Assembly (NCBI GenBank): GCA_965644315.1
Contig: CBFFRQ010000057.1
Span: forward strand, 372,001-436,000
Length of the DNA: 64,000 bases
Direction of reading: 5' to 3'
Origin: Caecitellus pseudoparvulus
Lineage: Eukaryota > Protista > Bigyra: Bicosoecida
Part shown: piece after piece, positions 52,301 through 61,770 of the stretch
Position numbering within the stretch: position 1 is the stretch's first letter
Layout: every line of letters begins with the position of its first letter
Made by a program: the position numbers and the translations under genes
Notes under the pieces: model-generated
The model's input: the letters and a program-made list of their open reading frames with translations, nothing else
Told to the model about the DNA's origin: nothing
Database searches by the model: none

Positions 52301-55261
52301 ATGCTGCCGCTGTGGCTCATGGCACAGGGGATGATGTCCCTGTCCGAAGACGGCGGCTCCGGCTTGATGTCTGACGTCGCTCGCAAAGTCCAGCATGTGC
52401 AGAATTTGTTTGGACACCAGTCCACCTTTGAGTACTGCCTCTTGGTCGCGGCTGGAAGCATGGTGCTGTACCAGGCGCAATCCCTTGATGACTTTGTTGA
52501 GGGCGACGAAGGTGACGGCACTCAGCCTTCGTCCCCCGATGCGGCTGTGGGGGCCACTCATGAGCCTGAGGCGCCAAGCCAGGAGATGGGCACTCCCGCT
52601 TCGACTTCGAAGCAGACCCCCAGAGAGTCTGCGGCCGCGTCTCTCGGCGCCTTGCTCCAGGCGCGAGCAGGCAAGTCTGAAGGTAGCGCCAAGAAGAAGG
52701 GCGGGAAACGGAAGGGTGGTTCGGCTCCCCGAGCTGTCCCAGCTGCCTCTGAGGGGGGTGGCACAAGCACAGGGAAGGCAAGCGGTGGTGCTGCTAGAGG
52801 GGGTGGGCCCGACATCGAAGTGTACCGCCGGCAGTTCGCCGAGCGTGCCAGCACAGATGACTTCGAAGCTTGGGTCGCTGAGGTGACCAGCAGCATTGAG
52901 AACAGAGGGCTCCGAATGGGCACAAAGTCCAGGTTGAGTTCTTTTGTGGAGAAGATGAAGACGATGTCGGCAGAGGAACGTGGGGAGTTCTTGGAAAGCG
53001 AGGAATTGTCTGGCACACTGGAAAAGCTCGTAGACTCTGGCGCGGGCCAAGGAGCTTTGGGCATTTCGGCCGAAGCGCTAGAAGGTGCACAAGGGGGCCT
53101 CAGCAAGGCAGAAAGCACGGAAGAAGCCAAGTCCTCGCTGAGGGACGGAGTCTCGCGGGCAGTTCAAGGCAAGCTCAAACACCAACTGGTGGCGTGCAAG
53201 GCCAGCATCTTGAAGATTTGCCGAGATTGCCTGAAGCTACAAGCCCCCATCCCAGGTGGCGCGAAGGCATGGTACCAGAGACTGTGGGGCGTCATGTACG
53301 ACAGCATGCAGCGGGAGCCCGGAACAGCCTGTCTTGACGTAGAGGGGGTGGTCTTGAGGCCCGGTGACGCTGGCAGTTTCGCAAGAGGTCTGCTCGCTGC
53401 CGCACGCACACCGTCGGCGCCTTTCCTCGACGTGCAAGACATGTACTGCGTGCTTAGTTTGATTGGCACGCAGGCACAGAAGACCGCTGCTGCAGGTCAC
53501 ATTCAGGAGGTCATCAAGAATGCGAAGGCTTCACAGCAGGTTCGTTCAGTGGACACAGCGGAGGAGACCGAATCGGCACAGGACGTCCGTGCCTGCATTG
53601 CAACGTTCGAAGCTGGCGCTGCCGCAGCGCCAAGCCCTGCGCCTGCCGCCGCTGCTGCGCAGCCCATGTCGGCCCCACAGTCCTTGGATCAGGTGGCGGT
53701 AGCAGTGGCTGATGCTGTGGCGGATGGTCCTCGTTCGCTGGCTGAAGGATTTGGGTGGCTGCAGGGCCTTGGCCTTCCGGACGAAGACATCGAGTGGAAG
53801 ACTTGCCTCGGTGACTTGGATGAAGCAGAGGGCAAAGTGCTGGAGAACGCCCGTCAACTGATCCAACTGGTGTTCATGAAGCTTCAGGGGCTGTACAAGA
53901 CGCTGCTGGAGGCCAAGGCAGACATGATCAGGCGCCCGAGTGGCTGGGAGCCTGGGCCGGGCCAAAGCACAGAGTCCATGCTGGTGCTGGCTGCCTCAGT
54001 CTCTGACGAGGTGCTGGACAGCCTCAAGCCGGACGAGGCGACGCTCTCGGCGGTGGCGTGGGGCCACGTGAAAGACACTGTGCAGGTTTGCGCCGCAGCT
54101 AGCCAGGAGGCCTGCAAATTGCACACCCTGGGCCGCGCCTCCGACGCAGCGGGTAGTGAAGGCAAGACTGGTGCCGGGGAAGTGGGCGTCCCCCCACCGA
54201 AAGCAAACCTCGAGCGGCCAGCTGGTCATGTCTCCCCTTTACTGCCTCTCATGAAGCGTCGGAATAAGCTGCTGCAGCCTGAATCCGTCCGGGCGATCCA
54301 GGACACCCTGAACTCCCTTTGTGATGCCCCTCCCTCCTCAACTACAGGGGGCGCCGGTGTCGACCAGGAGATGTGCCCCAAGTTCTCCATCGCGCCACCC
54401 TTTCTGCTTCAGCTCTGCTTCGACAGCCTCCAGAGACTGCACACGATGTGCATTGCAGCGGCGCTGCGGTGCTTGGCAGTGCGCAGCGTGCAAGAGTTGG
54501 TGTCAGCTCAGGACAAGTTGCAGCAGCTGCAGTCACCGTCACTTGCCAGCACAGCTAGGCCTGGCATGCTCAAGAACGTACAGACTGCATGCATGGATAT
54601 CTCTCTGGCGGGTTCGCTCATGGTGGTACTGAGCAAGTGGGAAGGAGGCAGCAGCGCTTCGCTGGAGCTCCCCGCAGACTCCAATGCCGTTCGTCGGCTG
54701 TTGGGGGCACACCCCGTGAAGCCCTGTCTAACCACGGTCAGGCCGGGATGCGGCAGGGGCGGCATGTCTGCCGGCTGGTGGGTGCTGGACGTGCCCCAGC
54801 CCAGTGCAAGTGAAGCTGAGTCGCTGACCCTCGCTGAGCGCCAGACAGCCATCGATAGCGCACTTGCTGCTGCCTTGGACACTGTCACCCTCTCTAATGC
54901 GGGAAAGCTGGTGCACCCGGCAGAGTGGCTCAGTCTGCCGGCGCCTGATGCGACAACCGGCGAGGCTGCTGCCGCCGATGACTCAGCCCCAGCTGCCTCA
55001 CACGGGCTCGCCTCATGCTTCAGTGCCGGTCTAGCCCTGTGGCTGGTCGCACGCGCCATGCACATGAAGGTGAACTGCCTTGCAGAACAAGCCCTGAACC
55101 CGGCCAGGCGGGGCAGAAGATCAAGGTCCATGTCGGCCATTGGAGTTGCCGATGCCTTCACGGCCACGTCAGGTGCTGCAGCGAGCCCCGCGCCGGCTGA
55201 AAGTGCAGGAGGCGGGGCCAGCGCACCGGCCTCTTCCTGGTTGCCTTGGTCCAGGTCATGA
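49393..55261 (+). CDS. Hypothetical multi-pass membrane protein of about 1930 aa, one intron (49774-49843)
   Basis: Exon 1 (127 codons, hydrophobic) joins the long ORF in frame through gtgagt...atcgcag. About 9 N-terminal hydrophobic helices, then a long helical soluble region. Confidence 0.7.
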
Positions 55262-55299
55262 TGAGAGCAGCCCGCGCACAGGCAGCAACGAGTATGCCT

Positions 55300-58200
55300 T
55301 CAAGTTGATGGGAATGCATACTCCTCATCCGCAAAGAAAGCGTCGCAGCTCCACGGAGAGTCCAAGAAGCGCCCGAGCTTGAAGGGGGTGCAGATGAGGT
55401 GGCGGCACAGCGGACACACATGCTGTGTCTCCACCACTGACACGACGACGATCAGGGCGACGAACACGATGGGCAGCAGTGCACTGCACACGAGAATGGC
55501 AGCTTGGCTAGATCGTGGCAGTGTGCGGAGGCCTTTGGTGTATGGCTGCGCCTGCAACCATCTGTTCCACACAGCCAGCGACTTGCCCGTGTCCGATTGC
55601 GAATCAATGCAGCCACACAGCATGTCGGACTCCACATCAGAGCTCTCACCGCGCGCAGGGTGGCGTCGGCGCCGCCGGTGCCGTCGTGTGCGCCTGTCCA
55701 TGTCGCTCGAGTCACTCGAGCTGGAGTGCGACGAGTCTGTGCCACGAGCTCGCACAGCAGCCGAGCGGTCCAAGACAGACAAGCCCTCATCAAAAACCCG
55801 AGCCGCTGGGTCTGTGGCTTCCATCGCCGAACCCCTCAGTGCGACGCTTCGCTGCCGCCCCCGACGCGAAGCCGTGTCGGGGATTCGATGGCCGAACCAG
55901 CGTGCACTGGTGTCTGCAGGCAGCACGTCTAGCATGCGGTCAGGGTCTTGGTCTCCATGCGAGTCTGAGGAGGAAGTCGCGCTCGTGGAGCAGCCTGTGT
56001 CCACGTCGAATTCCAAGATGGTGGCAGTTTCGAGGGCCTGTTTCGCAGCCGCTTTGCGGGAATCGATGAGGTACCTCGTCAGTGCAGCACCAGTGAGCTT
56101 TTGCTGCTTCTCCTCCGCATCTGCCTTGCTGCCTAAATCCCCTTGGGCAGCCTGTGCTTCCCCAAGCTGAGATCCCTCTTTGGGGCTGCTTGAAGACGAC
56201 TCATGTGACACGTGACCGCTAACAGGCGTGCTTGCTGCACTGTCTGGCCTTGGTGCGCCTGCAACAGAGGAATCAGTCTCCGTTGGAGCATCAGACGAGG
56301 CGCGCCGCAGCTGCTGTTCTGGGGGCGGTGGGGGTGTACAGTGGCCAGCCTCCGGGCTGGGAGGGGCAGATGTGAGCACGGGGGCGTGCTCTTGCTGGGG
56401 TGCCTCAGGTGCAACTGCTGCATCAGCCGCCCCCTTGGCCGAGCTTGGCCTGCGCTTTGCAAGGAGAGCTTGAACGGTGTCCGCAAAGCCATGCCCGCGC
56501 TTCTGCCGACCAAGCAGCTGGTCCCCCGCCCGAGCAACGGTCTTTCGCGTCCTGGCCTGCTTGCGTGCATCTACCAAATCTTCCTCTGCGATGAGTTTGG
56601 CGCGCTTCCCGCGCCGCTTGGCGGACTTTTTGTGCTTTCGACCCCGTGCCTTGCTGGGGGTACTGGTTGAAGACATGCCCGGAATTGGCAGCCCGTCGCG
56701 CTCCTCGGCGTGCAAGCGAGCCGCAACCACCCTGCCGTCAGGACTCACAAGGTACGCTTTGCTGAGGGTGTGATCCATCAGAGAAAGAGCTGCCGATACT
56801 ACCAGTGCAGTCAGCGCTGCCCAGCCATCCGTGAAAGGCATGGGCACCAGGCAGGTTACTGTGGCTGCTGCAAGTGCCAGAGCCCAGCCAAAGCGGCAGC
56901 ACGTGTGGAACTTGAGCAGTTCCCAGTGTGCAGCGAACTCCACTGCCCCTGCCGCGAGCAGGGTGGCTACGATGGAATTGGACGTGACTGACATGCTGAG
57001 CGGTGTGAGGAGTTGAGACATGAGCCCACCAAGTCCGCAGGACATGATGAGGAGCATGATGTACTTGGCGCTGCCAATTCGCAGCTCCAGGCGCCAGCCA
57101 ATGCTGCCGAGCGCGACTAGGTTCAAGCAGCAGTCCACAACACCAGCTGAAACGAGGGGCGCCACAAAGTACCGCCACCACTCACCGCGCTTGTGAATGT
57201 AGCTGGCGTGCAGCCCGCCCACGCTGGCAATGCCGTCCAGGCCTGCGCCAACAAGCGGGTTGACCGACAGCCGGGCGAGACGGCCGCCGTTAGCCTGCGA
57301 GAAAATGGATGCCAGGAGCAGAGCAACCCACAACAAGGCAATGAGAGCGCTTATAGGCGCCCCACAAATGTTCCCCTGTTGCAGGCGCCACCCCCAAGGG
57401 GCTTCGAATCGCCGCCGCAGCCACCGCGAGTGACCGTCGGCCAGGCGCCCCCCAACCACGCCTGGGGTCCTCCGCCGGCGCGAGACACCGCTGTACACCC
57501 ACTCCGACTGCTGATGCTGCCCCATGCCGCGCAGAGCGCGCATGGCAGCTGCCGGCTCCTGCGCCTCCCCCGTGTGTCGACCGCTCGCCAGCGCCGTGCT
57601 CGCGTTGTTCTCTGGCGGCAGCAACGTCGCGTCAGTCGGCGCAGACTCCTCTGCCGCCAGGCGAGCTTCCAGGGTGGTGGCATACGCCACCATGTCAATG
57701 ACAGGCCGCTCAGTATGCGGGCGGGTGCTATCCCCACGGTGTGGCCGAGAGGAGGAAAGGGCGCCCCCTGCCTTTCCCTCAACGGCAAAGCGCTGAAACA
57801 GCGGCAGTCGGGACTGGTGTGGCTGCAGCACCACAACCTCCGTGTGGCCGTCATGGAACACCGCCTTGCCGTCCTCAAACCTTGCCTCGTGCCGCGCGAT
57901 GGCAGCCGCCGCTGAACGCTTCCTCGTCTGCTGCACTCCTTGCTGCACAGAAGCTGACTCCGCTGCACGGCTCGCAGTCGACGACGCAGAGACATCAGAT
58001 TCAGTAGACAGCCTTGACGAGGATGTGCCCTTTGTGTCAACGTGTGCTCCGGAGCCGCCCGGTGACCCATCCAGGGTGGGCTCGGCTGGCGACCCCTGCT
58101 GGCCAGGCAAAGGTGAGCCAGCCGTTGCCACACCGCCGCCATCTTCGTCACATGAAGCGGAGGACGAAGCAGCCACGCCCCTTTCCCCGCTTTCCCTGCT

Positions 58201-58416
58201 TGAAAAAGTGTCTTGGCTCAAGGATTTTCTCGGGACTGAGCCCTGCTGCGATGTGCCGGCTGCTGCAGGTGCTGGCGTTTCGTCAGAGTCGCTCAGCGAC
58301 TCGCTCTGCACAGAGCCGCCACGGCTCTCAGCCACAGAGGTCTGAGGGGCGTGGGCATGAGTCGCAGCAGACTCTTCATCATGCAGAATCGCATCATGCT
58401 GTGCTGACGAGTCCAT
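55300..58416 (-). CDS. Rhomboid-like pseudoprotease (iRhom/RBL-type)
   Basis: NPLVG, GEWWRYF (WR motif), GWRLELRIG, PFTDGWA and C-terminal CPLCRHLICTP...WSC. The catalytic GxSG and His positions are replaced. Confidence 0.85.
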   Translation of the reverse strand: MDSSAQHDAILHDEESAATHAHAPQTSVAESRGGSVQSESLSDSDETPAPAAAGTSQQGSVPRKSLSQDTFSSRESGERGVAASSSASCDEDGGGVATAGSPLPGQQGSPAEPTLDGSPGGSGAHVDTKGTSSSRLSTESDVSASSTASRAAESASVQQGVQQTRKRSAAAAIARHEARFEDGKAVFHDGHTEVVVLQPHQSRLPLFQRFAVEGKAGGALSSSRPHRGDSTRPHTERPVIDMVAYATTLEARLAAEESAPTDATLLPPENNASTALASGRHTGEAQEPAAAMRALRGMGQHQQSEWVYSGVSRRRRTPGVVGGRLADGHSRWLRRRFEAPWGWRLQQGNICGAPISALIALLWVALLLASIFSQANGGRLARLSVNPLVGAGLDGIASVGGLHASYIHKRGEWWRYFVAPLVSAGVVDCCLNLVALGSIGWRLELRIGSAKYIMLLIMSCGLGGLMSQLLTPLSMSVTSNSIVATLLAAGAVEFAAHWELLKFHTCCRFGWALALAAATVTCLVPMPFTDGWAALTALVVSAALSLMDHTLSKAYLVSPDGRVVAARLHAEERDGLPIPGMSSTSTPSKARGRKHKKSAKRRGKRAKLIAEEDLVDARKQARTRKTVARAGDQLLGRQKRGHGFADTVQALLAKRRPSSAKGAADAAVAPEAPQQEHAPVLTSAPPSPEAGHCTPPPPPEQQLRRASSDAPTETDSSVAGAPRPDSAASTPVSGHVSHESSSSSPKEGSQLGEAQAAQGDLGSKADAEEKQQKLTGAALTRYLIDSRKAAAKQALETATILEFDVDTGCSTSATSSSDSHGDQDPDRMLDVLPADTSARWFGHRIPDTASRRGRQRSVALRGSAMEATDPAARVFDEGLSVLDRSAAVRARGTDSSHSSSSDSSDMDRRTRRHRRRRRHPARGESSDVESDMLCGCIDSQSDTGKSLAVWNRWLQAQPYTKGLRTLPRSSQAAILVCSALLPIVFVALIVVVSVVETQHVCPLCRHLICTPFKLGRFLDSPWSCDAFFADEEYAFPST
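55313..55318 (+). terminator. AATGCA putative 3'-end signal (large membrane protein)
   Basis: 51 nt after the stop, inside the last codons of the antisense rhomboid gene (AATGCATA, one mismatch from the palindrome). Confidence 0.5.
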
Positions 58417-58848
58417 CCTCGTGTCAAACGGTGCATGTGCAGTGCGAGCAGCAAACACCGGCGAAGCTGACCTGCCCAAGCCACACGACCTTGCCCGGAT
58501 GTAAAGGGATGGAGAGGAGATCTCACAAGTACTGCAAGGATGAATGGCGGTGCCAATTATGCCGGCTCGGAATCAGGGGCGCACTCGAGAGCGACACCCT
58601 TCACTTCGCGTGCGCAGATGCACCACCGTGCAATCGAATTTGACCCGCAAATCAACGTCACGTACCTCACGCGTGACTGTCAGCAAAGAAAATCGCTGAG
58701 CGCCCCCCGAAATCGAGGTGAATCTGACACAGCCCTGTTCAAGCGAGCACCTGAATGCCTGCCCAAACCGCTGCAAAGGATACCCATTTGCCGAACGAGG
58801 GGACATCCCTGCAGATCATTCACATCCAGATACTGAATCATCACCAGT

Positions 58849-61641
58849 ATGGTACGTTTTCTCTGCCGTGGCGGCCCTGCTGGGAGCGAGCAGGGATTGG
58901 CGCTCGGCAAGCGCAAGTGGTTGTGCTTCGGCACACGGACTATCGCACGCGGCAAGCTGCAACCCCTGAACATTACACAGGACGCACAGCACAGTGAACA
59001 TGGAAGGATACTGCAGCGTTCCTGGACGGGAATCAAAGACCAGATGACTGACAGCGTGCAAGCATGTCTGCGCCGGATGCAGTGTCTGCCTGGAAGTGCA
59101 ACACCCCAAGCCATGGCCCTGCGCGGCTTGGCAGCAATTGGCCTTGGCACAGTTCCCGTGCTTCATGGCGAAACCGAGCCACACTCGTTGGAGGGCATGG
59201 CTGTCTTGCTCCGGGAGGCGGGAGGGGCTTTGCTTGAGAGAGCTGCGAAGCTTAGAGGCCAGCCTCAGCGGGATGAGGTGTGCGCAGCGCTCAACTTTCT
59301 CTCATTCCGCTGCTTCTGCATCTTGGACATGATACACCAGGTCACTGTGGGCCTTAAAACTAGCGCATTTCCTGCAGGTGGCGCTGTGTGGGGCTCGATA
59401 GTTGCTGCATGGGACGCAGTGCAGCTTGACGGCGCTAGCTTGGAAAGCGCACTCGCAGACCTGACGCGCTGGTGGCGCGATCACAAGAACCCAAGTTCAC
59501 CCTCGTTTTCAACCACAAGGTCTCGAAACGACGCACCAGGTGGCCAGGACTCGATGACGGCTGCTTTGGCAAGCATCAGGCAGCAGGCAAAGTGGCTTCG
59601 TGGGGAGTCGGCTGGTGAGCTGCAAAGTGTCTCTGCAGCAGGGAGTTTGGAGACTGCCGCAGATGCCGTTGAGAAGCTCCGGGCATTGTTGGACTGTGCT
59701 CGAACTGTTGGAGGGCCAAAACTGCAAGAAGTCCGCGGCATAGACCAGTTGACTGGCCTCGTCTGCCTTTCCACTGCTGACGAATCAGTGTACAGCAGCT
59801 CAAACCGCATCTCACCGATGAGCGACACAACGATTGACGACGTAGCATTGTGGGCTGAAGATGTGGCTGAAGGTGCAACCAAGATTGCGCAGAGTGTCGT
59901 GGGTCTGCAGAAGTGTGAATGGGCCTGTGCGGCTTCGGGACTCCCCAAGCTCGCCCAGTCCATGCAGGCTGTTGCGCTTGCTCACTCATGCGCACAGCTT
60001 TCACCTGCAGATCCGATCGGGCCCGTGACTGACATTTCCATCCAACTGCATTGCGAGAAGTGCTGGCCCCTGAGCAACTTTCTTGACGACGAAGCGTGGG
60101 AGGACGTTGGGCAGCAGGATAGGGAGCGTCTCTGCATGAGGCTGCTGAGCGCGTGTGCCCTCGCAGAGGCCTGTGATGTTGACCTGACTGGTGTGACCTC
60201 CCGGGCGTTTGTGATTTCTGGGGTTGCCACTTGCAGCGTGTCAGACTTGCTGCTCTCGCTGGAAGCGGGCCAGTGCCAGGTACTACTGGGAGCATGTTCC
60301 ACAGTGTGGTCCACGTCAAAGGGGCCCACCTCCAGCACATCTACGTGTGCACGCGGAGTTGCCAGAGACATCATGGGAACGCTCGTCGGAAGAGAAGGCG
60401 ACCCCGAAGGGATCATCGCCATGTCGGACGAGTCCGAACACTGCTCGTTGGCAGGGGCGCTGAGTTGCCTCGAAGAAGAGGGCAGGCTTCGCTGCATGGA
60501 GGCGTATGCCCTTTCCCAGCAAGCGAAAGCCAGCAATTTTGAGGCATTCAGAGAGTTCGACGAGGCTCTACAAGCCCAGCAAGCTGAACCAGAAGCACCG
60601 GTGCGCATCCCAGAGGTCCGCACACCTGCCGAAAGTCAAGCAGTGTTCAGGAAAGCATGCGAAGAAGGGGACACCGCGACACTTCTGGGTGTTCTCAGCA
60701 TCGCCGGGACTTGCAAAGTGAACGTGCACTCAGAAAATGAGAAGGGCTTTCGGCTGGCGTGTGGGAGTGGCCACGTTGACGTGGTGCGAGCCCTGCTCGC
60801 ACTGACTGGCGGAGACCAAGTGGATGTGCACGCACCAGGTGGGGGCTTTCCCGAGGGTGCATTCAGATGGGCATGCAGAAATGGCCACCTTGATGTGGTG
60901 CGAGAACTGCTCTTGCTTCAAGGCGAGCGCTCTGTGGACGTCCATGCAGAGGACAGAATGGGCCCAGAGGCTGCCTTTCGTTGGGCTTGTGAAAACGGAC
61001 AGCTGGCAATTGTGCGAGAGCTCCTACAGTTAACTGGTGCTCGGACGATTGATGTCCACGCTGATGCCAAAGGCCCGGAGGCTGCCCTGAGGTATGCGTG
61101 CAAGAGCGGTCACTTGGACGTTGTGCAAGAACTTCTCAGCCTTGAGGGGGATAGAGCTGTGAATGTCCACGCGTGGGATAAGGACGGGCCTGAAGCTCCT
61201 TTCCGATGGGCATGCTCGCAAGGAAGGGTCAGCGTCGTGCGCGAGCTTCTCGCACTTTCAGGAGAAAGAACGGTGGACGTGCACGCTGATGGTGATGCTG
61301 CTTTCAAGTGGGCGTGTGGGCTTGGACATCTGGACGTGCTCCAAGAGCTCTTGACTTTGACAGGAGATAGAGCGGTCAATGTTCACGCAGAAGACCGCGA
61401 CGGGCCTGAGGCTGGTTTTCGGTCAGCTTGCAAGCAAGGCCACGTCGCAGTAGTCCGTGAGCTCCTTGCCTTGACTGGGGAGAGAGAAGTCAACGTGCAT
61501 GCATGCAACAACCAAGGCCTTGCACTCGCGATCGACAGGAACAGAGTGGGCGTCATTCGTTGCCTGCTGGATCTTACTGGAGAAAGGGCTGCACCTGGCT
61601 CTCTGCGACGGAGGGCGCAGCAAAAACTACGCTGGTTCTGA
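58849..61641 (+). CDS. Ankyrin-repeat protein with a long uncharacterised N-terminal region
   Basis: Nine C-terminal repeats, consensus EAAFRWAC.NGHLDVVRELL.L.G.R.VDVHA. Start uncertain. Confidence 0.88.
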   Translation: MVRFLCRGGPAGSEQGLALGKRKWLCFGTRTIARGKLQPLNITQDAQHSEHGRILQRSWTGIKDQMTDSVQACLRRMQCLPGSATPQAMALRGLAAIGLGTVPVLHGETEPHSLEGMAVLLREAGGALLERAAKLRGQPQRDEVCAALNFLSFRCFCILDMIHQVTVGLKTSAFPAGGAVWGSIVAAWDAVQLDGASLESALADLTRWWRDHKNPSSPSFSTTRSRNDAPGGQDSMTAALASIRQQAKWLRGESAGELQSVSAAGSLETAADAVEKLRALLDCARTVGGPKLQEVRGIDQLTGLVCLSTADESVYSSSNRISPMSDTTIDDVALWAEDVAEGATKIAQSVVGLQKCEWACAASGLPKLAQSMQAVALAHSCAQLSPADPIGPVTDISIQLHCEKCWPLSNFLDDEAWEDVGQQDRERLCMRLLSACALAEACDVDLTGVTSRAFVISGVATCSVSDLLLSLEAGQCQVLLGACSTVWSTSKGPTSSTSTCARGVARDIMGTLVGREGDPEGIIAMSDESEHCSLAGALSCLEEEGRLRCMEAYALSQQAKASNFEAFREFDEALQAQQAEPEAPVRIPEVRTPAESQAVFRKACEEGDTATLLGVLSIAGTCKVNVHSENEKGFRLACGSGHVDVVRALLALTGGDQVDVHAPGGGFPEGAFRWACRNGHLDVVRELLLLQGERSVDVHAEDRMGPEAAFRWACENGQLAIVRELLQLTGARTIDVHADAKGPEAALRYACKSGHLDVVQELLSLEGDRAVNVHAWDKDGPEAPFRWACSQGRVSVVRELLALSGERTVDVHADGDAAFKWACGLGHLDVLQELLTLTGDRAVNVHAEDRDGPEAGFRSACKQGHVAVVRELLALTGEREVNVHACNNQGLALAIDRNRVGVIRCLLDLTGERAAPGSLRRRAQQKLRWF
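60640..61600 (+). repeat. Coding tandem repeat: ankyrin units of about 102-114 bp
   Basis: Recurrent GTGGACGTCCATGCA / GTGAATGTCCACGCG / GGGCCTGAGGCT segments encode the VDVHA and GPEA motifs. Confidence 0.8.
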
Positions 61642-61730
61642 TGCAGGTGGGTCGCCGTGCCACGAAAAGGTCGCGCTTCAAGTGCCACGAGACGAGGCAG
61701 TGCCACCAACACGCGAGTAGCCACAGGTAC

Positions 61731-61736
61731 TGCATT
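61731..61736 (-). terminator. AATGCA putative 3'-end signal (Sel1 gene)
   Basis: 34 nt after the stop. Confidence 0.55.
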
Positions 61737-61770
61737 GACTTTCAGGACCGCGCTGCGGTGTGCTTCTACC

